55,464 nucleotides of DNA, from positions 1-55,464 of IMG/VR virus record IMGVR_UViG_3300025806_000001; one strand, written 5' to 3'. Below are positions 25,927-35,447 of this stretch, piece after piece (positions within the stretch are counted from its first letter, which is position 1; each line of letters begins with the position of its first letter). Under the pieces are notes generated by a model, which was given only the letters and a program-made list of their open reading frames with translations, was not told where the DNA came from and ran no database searches. A program made the position numbers and the translations under genes. Origin of the DNA: a virus. Lineage: Duplodnaviria > Caudoviricetes.

Positions 25927-26438
25927 AACAAAATTTTGACAAATGTTTGACTATGCTTTTAAAACATGAGGGTGGTTTTGTCGATCACCCTAAAGATCCT
26001 GGAGGCATGACAAATTTAGGAGTTACTAAAGCTGTTTATGATAAATGGATTGGTAGAGAATCTACCGAAGCAGAGATGCGTGGTTTAACCCAAGATGATG
26101 TAGCTCCTATTTATAAAAAGAATTATTGGGATAGGTGCAAATGTGACCAACTCCCTAGTGGTGCAGACTGGTCTGTTTTTGATTGGGCAGTAAACTCTGG
26201 TACAGGCAGAGCTTCTAAAGCTATGCAGAAAATAGTCGGGGCAAAACAAGATGGTGCTATTGGTCCGAAAACTTTACAAATGATTGCAAATGAAAAGGCA
26301 GAGTTTTTAGTAGAAAAAATGTATGATCAAAGGCAGTCTTTTTATGAAAAGTTAAATACTTTTGAAACTTTTGGTCGTGGTTGGACTAGAAGAAATAAAG
26401 AAACAAAAGAAACAGCATTAGAGTTAATTCATGAATGA
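25923..26438 (+). CDS. Endolysin, glycoside hydrolase family 108 with peptidoglycan-binding domain
   Basis: HEGGFVDHPKDPGGMTNLGVT, FDWAVNSG, FGRGWTRR. Confidence 0.92.
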   Translation: MKQNFDKCLTMLLKHEGGFVDHPKDPGGMTNLGVTKAVYDKWIGRESTEAEMRGLTQDDVAPIYKKNYWDRCKCDQLPSGADWSVFDWAVNSGTGRASKAMQKIVGAKQDGAIGPKTLQMIANEKAEFLVEKMYDQRQSFYEKLNTFETFGRGWTRRNKETKETALELIHE

Positions 26439-26625
26439 CCTTTACATTTATGAGAAAATGCTTAAAAATGTTCGTGATCGGCAAAGTTTGTTAAAAGAGG
26501 CTATATGTATTGGTCCTATAGCAGACTTTACCGCATTTAAAGAATTACGAGCTCGTTTAGATGAACTCGCCCAAACTGAACAGGATTTAAAAGACCTGCT
26601 AGAGAAAGTAAATAAAAATGACTAA
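26431..26625 (+). CDS. Small hypothetical protein
   Basis: Overlaps both neighbours. Confidence 0.6.
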   Translation: MNDLYIYEKMLKNVRDRQSLLKEAICIGPIADFTAFKELRARLDELAQTEQDLKDLLEKVNKND

Positions 26626-27085
26626 AACACTATATGTGCCTGATTATATTGCTAAGAAAAAGAAAAAAGAAAAAGGGGAGCTTGAAAAAGCGTATGTATC
26701 TGCAGAAGATAGATACTTAGAACCTTCCAAACTTACCGAAAATGCGTTAGATAAATTACCTCAACCGACAGGTTGGCGTCTTTTGATATTGCCGTATCAA
26801 GGTAAGAAACAAACAATGGGCGGTATAATTGTTCCTGACGAAGTTAGAGAACGTGAAGCCGTTGCCACAGTATGTGGCTATGTATTGAGAGTTGGTCCAT
26901 TAGCGTACCAAGACTCTAGTAAATTTGGCGATGATACTCCTCCTTGGTGTAAAGAAAAGGATTGGGTTTTGTTCGGCAGATATGCGGGAAGTAGATTTAA
27001 AATCGAGGGTGGAGAAGTCCGCATTCTTAATGATGATGAGATAATAGCTCGCATTAATAACCCCGATGATATTTTGCACCTTTAA
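26618..27085 (+). CDS. GroES-like co-chaperonin
   Basis: PTGWRLLI, TMGGII.P, VLRVGP.AY, VLFGRYAG, RILNDDEIIA. Confidence 0.85.
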   Translation: MTKTLYVPDYIAKKKKKEKGELEKAYVSAEDRYLEPSKLTENALDKLPQPTGWRLLILPYQGKKQTMGGIIVPDEVREREAVATVCGYVLRVGPLAYQDSSKFGDDTPPWCKEKDWVLFGRYAGSRFKIEGGEVRILNDDEIIARINNPDDILHL

Positions 27086-27100
27086 TTACATGGAGTAACC

Positions 27101-28000
27101 ATGCCACAAGCAGCACAAAAACAAGACCAAGAGGTCGAAGAAAAAGAAACTGACGAGGTTGAAGTCGAGGTTCTTGAAACCGAAGAGCAAGAAAAACCTG
27201 AAGTTGAAGTTGAAACTCAATCAAAACCAGAACAATCTGGTGATGAACTAGAGCAATACAGCGAAGGTGTTAAAAAACGAATTAGTAAGCTTACAGCTAA
27301 GATGCGTGAAGCTGAACGTCGAGAACAAGCAGCTATACAATATGCTCAAGCAGCTAAAAAAGAGCTTGAAGAAAACCAAAAGAAAAACCTTTCTTTAGAT
27401 AACTCTTATGTTAACGAATTTGAGAATAGAATAAAGCTACAAGATCAACTTTATAGAAATACTTTGAAAGAAGCTATTGATAGAGGTGATGTTGATGGTC
27501 AAGTAGAAGCTCAAAGACAACTTGCTAATGTAGCCTCGCAAAACGATAAACTTGCGATGGTAAAACAACAGCAAGAACAACGAGCTCGACAACCTGTTCC
27601 TGTGCAACAACCGATGCAACAGCAACAGCAACGACAACCTGCACCACCAGACCCTAAAGCAGCAGCGTGGGCAGATAAAAATGATTGGTTTGGCACAGAT
27701 GAGCCTATGACCTTAACTGCTTTTTCTATCCACAAAACTTTAGTGGAAAGCGAAGGTTGGGATCCACACAGCGACGATTATTATGCTGAGGTTGATAAAC
27801 GAATCAGACAAGAGTTTCCCCATAAATTTGGTGGTACGACTAGACAAAGTGGTCCAGTTGTAGCTTCGGCAAGTCGTGGTGGACAGAAAAAAGGCAAACA
27901 AAAGATACAATTAACAAAATCAGAGGTTGCAATCGCTGACAAACTTGGTGTATCTTATGAACAGTATGCGAGACAAAAAGCTCGTATGCAGAATACGTGA
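27101..28000 (+). CDS. Putative capsid scaffolding protein
   Basis: Acidic N-terminus, coiled coil, position upstream of capsid genes. Confidence 0.65.
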   Translation: MPQAAQKQDQEVEEKETDEVEVEVLETEEQEKPEVEVETQSKPEQSGDELEQYSEGVKKRISKLTAKMREAERREQAAIQYAQAAKKELEENQKKNLSLDNSYVNEFENRIKLQDQLYRNTLKEAIDRGDVDGQVEAQRQLANVASQNDKLAMVKQQQEQRARQPVPVQQPMQQQQQRQPAPPDPKAAAWADKNDWFGTDEPMTLTAFSIHKTLVESEGWDPHSDDYYAEVDKRIRQEFPHKFGGTTRQSGPVVASASRGGQKKGKQKIQLTKSEVAIADKLGVSYEQYARQKARMQNT

Positions 28001-28010
28001 GGATAAAATT

Positions 28011-28469
28011 ATGAATGATAGAAGCCCACGCTCATCCCAAACTAGGGAAAAAACCGTCCGCAATAAACCGTGGACACCACCGTCACAATTAGACGCTCCA
28101 CCCCCTCCAGAGGGATATGTTCATCGTTGGGTCCGTGAATCAGTCATGGGTTTTGATGATAAAAAGAACCTTTCTGCTCGGCTACGCGAAGGCTTTGAAT
28201 TAGTTCGTGCTGATGAGTATCCAGACTTTGAAGCTCCTACCGTCCAAGATGGTAAACACGCAGGTGTTATTGGAGTTGGCGGTTTAGTACTCGCAAGAAT
28301 TCCCACAGAAACAGTTGGTCAACGAACAGCTTACTTCCAAGGTCAAACTCAAGATCAAATGGATGCAGTTGACAACGATCTCATGAGGGAACAACACCCA
28401 TCCATGCCTATTAGCAAACCTGATAGGCAATCTCGTGTAACCTTCGGGGGAGATAAATCCTCTGAATAA
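28011..28469 (+). CDS. Conserved head-module hypothetical protein
   Basis: W.PPS.LDAP.PP.G..HRWVR; start moved to 28011. Confidence 0.7.
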   Translation: MNDRSPRSSQTREKTVRNKPWTPPSQLDAPPPPEGYVHRWVRESVMGFDDKKNLSARLREGFELVRADEYPDFEAPTVQDGKHAGVIGVGGLVLARIPTETVGQRTAYFQGQTQDQMDAVDNDLMREQHPSMPISKPDRQSRVTFGGDKSSE

Positions 28470-28487
28470 TTTTTAGGAGACTAATCC

Positions 28488-29099
28488 ATGGCGAATACAG
28501 ATTCACCTTTTGGGTTGAGACCTCATAACAAATTAGGGTCTACACCGAACGGAAACGGTTTAACGTCTTATAAAGTACAGATTAACGGTACAGCAGGATC
28601 ATCTAGCTCTATTTTTCAAGGTGATATGGTGATTCCTCTTGCTAACGGTCTTGTCGATGTAAGTGCAGCGGACGGTGGTTCAGTGGCGATTCTTGGTGTT
28701 ATGGCAGGTTGTCAATATACCGATCTGACGGGCAAACCCGTCTTTGATAATAGCTATCCTGGAACGGCTTCATTAAAATCAGGCACAGAAGCTACTGTGT
28801 TTGTATATGATGATCCGCATCAGGTTTATGAAATCCAATGCGATGCAAGTTTAACAAACTTAGTGACAGCTACAGCTTTGATCCACGGAAATGCCGAAGG
28901 CACAGGATTTGGTTCAGAGCAAGCAAATGGTATCTCAAGTGGTGAGATATCAGTAGCTTCCGCAGGTGCAACAACAGCTACTGACAATTTTAGAGTCGTT
29001 GGTTTTAAAGATGTTGAAGGCATTGATTATGCAGCAGCAGGAGTTGTAGCTTTAGTTAAACTAAACCTACCGTTCCATGTCGCCACAACTGGCATATAA
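28488..29099 (+). CDS. Putative capsid decoration/minor head protein
   Basis: MAN.D.PFGLRP start; beta-rich; immediately upstream of MCP. Confidence 0.6.
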   Translation: MANTDSPFGLRPHNKLGSTPNGNGLTSYKVQINGTAGSSSSIFQGDMVIPLANGLVDVSAADGGSVAILGVMAGCQYTDLTGKPVFDNSYPGTASLKSGTEATVFVYDDPHQVYEIQCDASLTNLVTATALIHGNAEGTGFGSEQANGISSGEISVASAGATTATDNFRVVGFKDVEGIDYAAAGVVALVKLNLPFHVATTGI

Positions 29100-29110
29100 G
29101 GAGATAAGAT

Positions 29111-30019
29111 ATGGCTATAGCAAGATCCCAACTCCTTAAAGAATTAGAGCCTGGACTAAACGCTCTATTCGGACTGGAGTATGATCGGTATGACAATGAA
29201 CATGCCGAAATATACGAAACAGAATCTTCAGACAGAGCGTTTGAGGAAGAAGTAATGTTAAGTGGCTTTGGTGCTGCTCCTGTTAAAGGGGAAGGCTCCG
29301 CAGTATCATTTGACACAGCAAATGAGTCATTTACGGCTCGATATACACATGAGACAATAGCTCTTGCGTTTGCGATTACAGAAGAAGCTGTAGAGGATAA
29401 CCTCTACGACCGACTCAGTTCTCGTTACACTCGTGCTTTGGCTCGGTCTATGTCAAACACTAAGCAGGTCAAGGCTGCTGCGGTATTGAACAATGCGTTT
29501 GATAGCTCAGTAACTTATGGCGACGGTAAAGAACTTTGTGCAACTGACCACCCTACTAATGGTGGCGGTAATTTCCGCAACGAGTTGTCTACTGCTGCTG
29601 ACCTTAACGAAACATCTTTAGAGCAGTCGTTAATTGACATCGCTGCCTTTATTGATGAGCGTGGACTAAAAATTGCTCTGCAAGGGCGTAAGATGATTAT
29701 TCCATCTTCACTTCAGTTTGTAGCTGAACGTTTGATGGCTAGTAATCTTCGCACAGGAACAGCAGACAATGACATCAACGCAGTTCGTAACATGGGAATG
29801 TTGCCAGACGGTTATGTAGTAAATCACTTCCTAACTGATACTGACGCATTTTTCATTAAAACGGATGCACCTAATGGGTTCAAACATTTTGAGCGTAGTG
29901 CTGTCAAAACTTCTATGGAAGGTGATTTTGATACAGGCAACGTGCGATACAAAGCTCGTGAGCGTTACAGCTTTGGTGTTTCAGACCCACGATGTGTGTT
30001 TGGCTCTCCAGGAGCATAA
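29111..30019 (+). CDS. Major capsid protein
   Basis: MAIARSQLLKELEPGLNALFGLEY..RYKARERYSFG.SDPR pattern; followed by strong hairpin. Confidence 0.9.
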   Translation: MAIARSQLLKELEPGLNALFGLEYDRYDNEHAEIYETESSDRAFEEEVMLSGFGAAPVKGEGSAVSFDTANESFTARYTHETIALAFAITEEAVEDNLYDRLSSRYTRALARSMSNTKQVKAAAVLNNAFDSSVTYGDGKELCATDHPTNGGGNFRNELSTAADLNETSLEQSLIDIAAFIDERGLKIALQGRKMIIPSSLQFVAERLMASNLRTGTADNDINAVRNMGMLPDGYVVNHFLTDTDAFFIKTDAPNGFKHFERSAVKTSMEGDFDTGNVRYKARERYSFGVSDPRCVFGSPGA

Positions 30020-30024
30020 AAAAT

Positions 30025-30053
30025 TATGAAGGGGAGATAAGCTCCCCTTCATA
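30025..30053 (+). terminator. Hairpin after MCP (weak or bidirectional terminator)
   Basis: TATGAAGGGGAG / CTCCCCTTCATA 12-bp stem, poor U tract. Confidence 0.65.
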
Positions 30054-30104
30054 TTATCATCTTGACAGCGAAAGCTGACACTAGCCACGACAAGGAGATA
30101 TTAC

Positions 30105-30653
30105 ATGGCTAATACGACTTTTAGCGGTCCCGTCCGTTCTGAAAACGGTTTTCAAGTTGTTTCTAAAAACGCAACAACTGGTGCTTTTACAACTGTAGCT
30201 AGTACAGCTTCAACAGGTATCGTAACAAACAAATATGTTAAGCACGTTGGTTTGGTCACTGGTGTAACAGTAAACACCACAGCAGGTGATAGTCCTACTA
30301 TTGGTGAATTTACTCAACCTGCAAATACAATTATCACTGACATCAAAATTTTCTGTGCCACAGCTCCTGTTATTGGAACAGGTGACATTGGATATGAAGT
30401 TGGGACATCGTCTTCTGGAGCACAAATTGTTGCTGCTGTAACAGATGAGATATTAGATGGTGGTACAACAGTTGTTCTTGGTAACGTAACATTGACAACT
30501 CTTGTTGTGCAGACGCAGAGTGGAACAACAGCTCCTGCCTCTGTTCAGTATGCAAGTGCCGAAAGAACCATCTATTGCAACATCACTAACACAGTTGATG
30601 CTACAACAGCAGGATCGTTCACATTCATCATTGAGTATGTTCAAATTGCGTAA
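30105..30653 (+). CDS. Putative virion structural protein
   Basis: MANTTFSGPVRS start; T/G-rich beta protein after MCP. Confidence 0.65.
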   Translation: MANTTFSGPVRSENGFQVVSKNATTGAFTTVASTASTGIVTNKYVKHVGLVTGVTVNTTAGDSPTIGEFTQPANTIITDIKIFCATAPVIGTGDIGYEVGTSSSGAQIVAAVTDEILDGGTTVVLGNVTLTTLVVQTQSGTTAPASVQYASAERTIYCNITNTVDATTAGSFTFIIEYVQIA

Positions 30654-30660
30654 TTAATAT

Positions 30661-30686
30661 GGTGGGGCTTTTGTCCCACCTTTATT
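30661..30686 (+). terminator. Putative terminator
   Basis: GGTGGGGC-TTTT-GTCCCACC then TTTATT. Confidence 0.6.
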
Positions 30687-30699
30687 ATAGGAGATTGAA

Positions 30700-31302
30700 A
30701 TGGCAGGATCAGACGTACAAGTCGCTTTTATAACTGATGAGAACGCAGCAGACCCAGACCGTTTAGTTACAGCAGCTAGACCAAACACCTCAGCGACTAT
30801 GGCAGAGACTACTTTTTTAGGTGGCGGTGCTAGGAATGTAACCGTAACGACTACAGGCACAGGCGATAATGCGAAAACCTGTACGATTACAGGAACTGAT
30901 GTTTTCGGCAACGCAATGACTGAAGTTATAACTTCAACAGGTTCAGCGGCAACGGTTGCAGGAACTAAATTATTTTTAACAGTTAGTGCAGTTGAATGTT
31001 CTGCTCAATATGCGGCAAACATTACAGTAGGCTCAGGAGATTTGTGTGCTAAAGCAGCAGGAGGCGGTGGCAGAGTTCGGCTTGTAGGTACTTCTATTGT
31101 ATCTGGAGGAACAGCAGGGTTAGTTGATTTTTATAATGGAACACCTGAAAGTGGAACTATTGTTTTTAAAGCTCAAACTATTGGTACAGATCATGCTACG
31201 GTAGATAATACCATACCTGACGAGGGGCTTTTGTTTGTAGATGGTTTAGCTCTCGCGTACACAGTCGCGACTGTTTCATTGATGAATATTTTCCACTCAT
31301 AG
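30700..31302 (+). CDS. Putative virion structural protein
   Basis: T/G/A-rich beta protein in the morphogenesis module. Confidence 0.6.
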   Translation: MAGSDVQVAFITDENAADPDRLVTAARPNTSATMAETTFLGGGARNVTVTTTGTGDNAKTCTITGTDVFGNAMTEVITSTGSAATVAGTKLFLTVSAVECSAQYAANITVGSGDLCAKAAGGGGRVRLVGTSIVSGGTAGLVDFYNGTPESGTIVFKAQTIGTDHATVDNTIPDEGLLFVDGLALAYTVATVSLMNIFHS

Positions 31303-31326
31303 AGGGTTTAATTCGCAGGAGTTGTT

Positions 31327-31611
31327 ATGGCTACTACTAAAGATGTAAAACGAACGGCTTCTGGTAGAGTTGTTTACAGAGGTGAAAGTTTTGCAGGATT
31401 TAACAAACCCAAGCGAACACCGAGTGCTAAAAAGAAATCAGCAGTTTTAGCTAAAAAAGGTAGCGAGATAAAACTCGTTCGTTTTGGTGATCAAAATATG
31501 TCTATTAAAAAAGATCAACCTGCCAGAAGAAAAAGTTTTAGAGCAAGACATAATTGCGATACAGCTAAAGATAAATTCAGTGCTCGATATTGGTCGTGCA
31601 AAGCGTGGTAA
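31327..31611 (+). CDS. Conserved small basic protein
   Basis: LVRFGD.NM..RRKSFRARHNC..ARYWSC motif. Confidence 0.7.
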   Translation: MATTKDVKRTASGRVVYRGESFAGFNKPKRTPSAKKKSAVLAKKGSEIKLVRFGDQNMSIKKDQPARRKSFRARHNCDTAKDKFSARYWSCKAW

Positions 31612-31612
31612 G

Positions 31613-31774
31613 ATGACAGTGAAAGAGATGTTAGCATTATTAGAAAAACATGAAGAAGAATGCAACCGTAGGTACGCAAAGATCGAAAGAGGTCTAGATA
31701 AATTAGATATGCGTATGTGGGGGATAGCTGCTTTGATTGTTGGTGCTGCTGTTTTAGAAAAGATATTTTCATGA
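31613..31774 (+). CDS. Small coiled-coil plus TM protein
   Basis: LEKHEEEC.RRY..LDMRMWGI then TM; start moved to 31613. Confidence 0.6.
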   Translation: MTVKEMLALLEKHEEECNRRYAKIERGLDKLDMRMWGIAALIVGAAVLEKIFS

Positions 31775-31983
31775 CAATTACTCGTGGTCAAATGAAGGAG
31801 CAAACGATGGCGAAAAAAGGTTTATATTACAATATTAACCAACGTAAGAAAAAAGGCACTTCTAGATCTAAAAAAGATTCTACTATTGACCCTAAAGCTT
31901 ATGCAAATATGCAAGCAGGTTTTCCTAAAAAAACTAAAAAATTAAAAGACGGGGGTAAGGTTGTCAAAGGTCCTTACAGCTAA
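31771..31983 (+). CDS. Small basic protein with xxGG motif
   Basis: GLYYNINQR...LKDGGKVVKGPYS; start at 31771 or 31807. Confidence 0.6.
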   Translation: MTITRGQMKEQTMAKKGLYYNINQRKKKGTSRSKKDSTIDPKAYANMQAGFPKKTKKLKDGGKVVKGPYS

Positions 31984-31986
31984 CGA

Positions 31987-32679
31987 ATGAGTTACTTACA
32001 AAGTAACATCCCATATTTTAAATGTTGGGTGAGAAAAGAGTACACTCATAACCACGAGAAATATCATGGTGAGTTTTTACACGCTATGGCTATCGCTGTT
32101 ACGACTATTCCAAATAGGTGTTTAAGTTTTCAAGTAATATTTACAGGTAACGAAGCAGAAGGCGAACCAGAAGATACTGTTCATGGCGGTGCTATGTGGG
32201 CTAGGATGCCTATAACTGGTTTGTTAGGCGATGTTCCTTTAGAGGAATGGTCACACCCTATGGAAACATATGATGCTCAACCTTGGGATTGTTCTTCACA
32301 CAACCATGCAGTGTATGTTATGGATAGAACAACGCCTTGTCCTTGGTTAGCAAAAATAAATGGCGAGTTTTTCCCTGCAAAGTATATGTTTACGGTAGAT
32401 TATACTGACAGTGAAATTGCAGATGACCCTGCACAGCATAAACAATCACATGTTTTACAGTTACTTGATGCAGGAGTATGGACAGGTAATATTGTTGCGT
32501 TACCTAATAACAGGGTCAGAGTAACTCACCCTGCGTGGTTTGGAACAGGGGAAGGTGCTCCTGATTTTAGACCATCTCAACATATACACTATTCAAAGTC
32601 CGATTTAGACTATACACTAGACGTGAATAGAGTTTTTGACAATTTGTATAACAAAGGAGACAACGATGAAGCCAGTTGA
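31987..32679 (+). CDS. Conserved phage hypothetical protein
   Basis: GGAMWARMPI, QPWDC, Y.FTVD, QHKQSH, ALPNNRVR. Confidence 0.75.
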   Translation: MSYLQSNIPYFKCWVRKEYTHNHEKYHGEFLHAMAIAVTTIPNRCLSFQVIFTGNEAEGEPEDTVHGGAMWARMPITGLLGDVPLEEWSHPMETYDAQPWDCSSHNHAVYVMDRTTPCPWLAKINGEFFPAKYMFTVDYTDSEIADDPAQHKQSHVLQLLDAGVWTGNIVALPNNRVRVTHPAWFGTGEGAPDFRPSQHIHYSKSDLDYTLDVNRVFDNLYNKGDNDEAS

Positions 32680-32911
32680 TAAAAAGAAAAATCCTGGACT
32701 TGCGAAACTGCCTAAAAAAGTCCGCAACAAAATGGGTTATATGAAAAATGGTGGTAAGGCTACGAAAAAACCTGTCCGCATGGCTTCAGGTGGTGAAAGT
32801 AAAAAGACTGGTGCAACAGCAGCAGGAATTTCTAACAGACTGATCGCTATACAAGAAGGTAGGCTGTCACCTGCACAAGCTTTGAAATTTATAATGGGCA
32901 AAATCAAATAA
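32666..32911 (+). CDS. Small basic protein with xxGG motifs
   Basis: GLAKLPKKVRNKMGYMKNGG, MASGG; start moved to 32666. Confidence 0.65.
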   Translation: MKPVDKKKNPGLAKLPKKVRNKMGYMKNGGKATKKPVRMASGGESKKTGATAAGISNRLIAIQEGRLSPAQALKFIMGKIK

Positions 32912-32922
32912 AGGGGAAGAAC

Positions 32923-33102
32923 ATGAAAAAAATGAAAAAGAAGCCTAAAGGCATGAAGAATGGTGGTAAGGCTATGAAGCCTAAAGGCATGAAGAATGGT
33001 GGTAAGGCTATGAAGCCTAAAGGCATGAAGAACGGTGGCAAAATGATGAAGCCCAAAGGTATGAAAATGGGTGGTAAAGTTATAAAAGGACCATATAGTT
33101 AA
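32923..33102 (+). CDS. 59-aa Lys/Met/Gly-rich repeat protein (absent from ORF track)
   Basis: MKKMKK(KPKGMKNGGKAM)n...MKMGGKVIKGPYS; 36-bp tandem repeats; AAGGGG SD. Confidence 0.75.
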   Translation: MKKMKKKPKGMKNGGKAMKPKGMKNGGKAMKPKGMKNGGKMMKPKGMKMGGKVIKGPYS

Positions 33103-34007
33103 TGGCAGTTTCAGGATCAATAGATTTTGAACCAGATGTAGCAGAGTACGTTGAAGAAGCGTTTGAACGCTGTGGTTTAATTGTATCTACGGGATATGAT
33201 TTAAAAACAGCAAGACGTTCTTTAAATTTACTTTTTGCAGACTGGGCAAATCGGGGGCTAAATCGTTGGACTATTGAGCAGGTATCTTTACCTTTAGTTA
33301 CAGATATTGCCGATTATCCTGCAGGAATTTTAACTATGACCGTAGGAGCTAGTGGCTCTTTCACGGTGGGCGAAACAATCACAGGCGGTACAAGTGGTGC
33401 GACTGCTTCTATAACGAGCGTTACATCATCTACTGTTATTGCTATAACTATACCTTCTGGAACTTTTGTTGCTACAGAAACAATCACAGGTGGCACAAGC
33501 AGTGCGACTACTACGGTTACGGCTGCTGTTGATTTTACTAATGTGAGAAGCACCATAGATATTTTGTCTGCTGTTGTAAGACAAAATGCAGGTGCTTCAA
33601 CACAATCAGATATTGCTATAAGTAGAATAAGTCGTGATACTTTTATAAATATCCCGAGCAAACGAACAACTGCAAGACCTTCGCAATTTTACATAGACAG
33701 ACAAATCACACCTGTTGTAAAACTGTGGGGAACTCCTGACGCAACAACATACACTCTTGTTTTTGACAGGCTTGTAAGAATTGATGATGCAGACAATCCA
33801 CAAAATACAGTAGATGTACCGTTTAGGTTTTATCCTTGTTTAGCAGCAGGGTTAGCTTATTATATCAGTTTGAAAAAAGCACCAAATCGGGTACAACTGT
33901 TAAAAGCTGTATATGAAGAAGAATTTGAGCGAGCTGCTGCGGAAGATCGTGACCGAGCTAGTTTAACATTAACCCCTAGTAGAGATTATTACACGTTTAT
34001 AAGATGA
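33102..34007 (+). CDS. Putative head-tail adaptor/neck protein with inserted beta module
   Basis: EEAFERCG..TARRSLNLL..WANRGLN.WT; VPFRFYPCL.AGLAYY; position. Confidence 0.6.
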   Translation: MAVSGSIDFEPDVAEYVEEAFERCGLIVSTGYDLKTARRSLNLLFADWANRGLNRWTIEQVSLPLVTDIADYPAGILTMTVGASGSFTVGETITGGTSGATASITSVTSSTVIAITIPSGTFVATETITGGTSSATTTVTAAVDFTNVRSTIDILSAVVRQNAGASTQSDIAISRISRDTFINIPSKRTTARPSQFYIDRQITPVVKLWGTPDATTYTLVFDRLVRIDDADNPQNTVDVPFRFYPCLAAGLAYYISLKKAPNRVQLLKAVYEEEFERAAAEDRDRASLTLTPSRDYYTFIR

Positions 34008-34303
34008 AATTTGCAACTGGACAATACGCTTTAGCTTTATGTGACCGATGCGGTCAACAGTATGATTACGTTTCGTTACGAAAAGAATGGAACGGTCTAA
34101 GAGTATGTCCTGAATGTTTTGAACAAAAACACCCTCAATTAGAACCAAGTCCTGTGCCGTTTGAGCCAGAAGCTTTATGGCATCCTCGTCCTGATAGAAA
34201 AGAACCTACTGAAATACTTGTGGGTCAAAACACATTTCCTCTTTTTACTAATACGTCGATACAAGGAATTAGCTCTGTAGGGAAAGTAGAGGTTACAACA
34301 TGA
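34004..34303 (+). CDS. Small CxxC protein
   Basis: CDRCG...VCPEC..KHPQL. Confidence 0.65.
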   Translation: MKFATGQYALALCDRCGQQYDYVSLRKEWNGLRVCPECFEQKHPQLEPSPVPFEPEALWHPRPDRKEPTEILVGQNTFPLFTNTSIQGISSVGKVEVTT

Positions 34304-35154
34304 GTTTTACCTATTCAACTTTAAAACAAGCTCTAAAAGATTACACTCAAAACGATGAAGTTTCCTTTGTATCTAATCTGCCAATTTTTATCAGACTTGC
34401 AGAAGAGCGAATATTAAAATCAGTACAGTTAAACCTTTTTCAAAAGAATGCTTCGGGGTCTATGACTGCAAGTAATAAGTTTTTAAATTGTCCTACAGAT
34501 TTTTTAGCTCCTAATTCATTATCAGTTACCAACAATAGTAATTTTGAGTTTTTAGATTTTAAAGAGTTAGAGTTTGTACAATCTTATAACCCTAACCCTT
34601 CAACTACAGGAACCCCTAAATACTACGCCCAATTTGATGTAGATAATTTTATAGTAGCTCCTACCCCTGACAGTAATTACGCTGTTGAAATGAGTTATTT
34701 TTATCGTCCTCTTAGTTTAACAGCGAGTTCATTTATTTTGACTTTAACAAGCGTGGTAGGCACTTTTACAACAAGCGATACAATAACAGGAGGCACAAGT
34801 GGAGAGTCGACTGATGTCCTTTCCGTACCCTCTTCTACTTCACTTAGTGTTACAATTCCTAGTGGTGATTTTACTGTTGGTGAAACTATTACAGGAAGTT
34901 CTAGCGGAGCAACAGGCACGTTATCAAGTATAGGATCTGACTCTACAGTTTCTTGGATTAGTGAAAATGGTGAACTTGCTCTACTTTACGGAGCATTAAT
35001 TGAGTGTTATACTTATATGAAAGGTGATCAAGAAACCATGAATATGTATAACTCTCGTTATGCGGAATCTCTTGCAAGACTTAAAAACTTAGGCGAAGCT
35101 AAAGAAGTGACAGATGAATATTTATCAGGATCTATAAGAAAGGCTAGGACATAA
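34300..35154 (+). CDS. Putative head-tail connector with inserted beta module
   Basis: FIRLAEERI, G.PKYYA, APTPDS.Y, LLYGALIE. Confidence 0.6.
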   Translation: MSFTYSTLKQALKDYTQNDEVSFVSNLPIFIRLAEERILKSVQLNLFQKNASGSMTASNKFLNCPTDFLAPNSLSVTNNSNFEFLDFKELEFVQSYNPNPSTTGTPKYYAQFDVDNFIVAPTPDSNYAVEMSYFYRPLSLTASSFILTLTSVVGTFTTSDTITGGTSGESTDVLSVPSSTSLSVTIPSGDFTVGETITGSSSGATGTLSSIGSDSTVSWISENGELALLYGALIECYTYMKGDQETMNMYNSRYAESLARLKNLGEAKEVTDEYLSGSIRKART

Positions 35155-35447
35155 TGTTGACAGAAGCGTTAGGTATGTCTAATAACTTTTCTGTTACGGT
35201 TGAAACTACAGACAACAGGGGGTTTACTCCAGAGGAAACAGCCAAAAGATGTGTCGATAAAATAGTTGGCATATCTGACAATGCTCACCCTGCAATACGT
35301 GATCAAGCTCATGCTTATCGCAAACAAATGGAAACGATTATTGCGTTGTATATGAAACAAGCTATTAAAAGTGATAGAACTACTGTATACAATGCACTAA
35401 AAGATTCTGGAAACCCGAAACTTGCAGAATATATAAGGAGAATGTAA
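35154..35447 (+). CDS. Conserved hypothetical protein
   Basis: VETTDNRGFTPEE..IRDQA.A..SDRTT. Confidence 0.65.
   Translation: MLTEALGMSNNFSVTVETTDNRGFTPEETAKRCVDKIVGISDNAHPAIRDQAHAYRKQMETIIALYMKQAIKSDRTTVYNALKDSGNPKLAEYIRRM

Noticed and set aside
32737-33120. Minus-strand repeat ORF (LHAFRLHSLTT)
   Set aside because: It is the antisense of the 36-bp repeats in the + strand ORF 32923-33102, which has an SD and shares a C-terminus with 31771-31983
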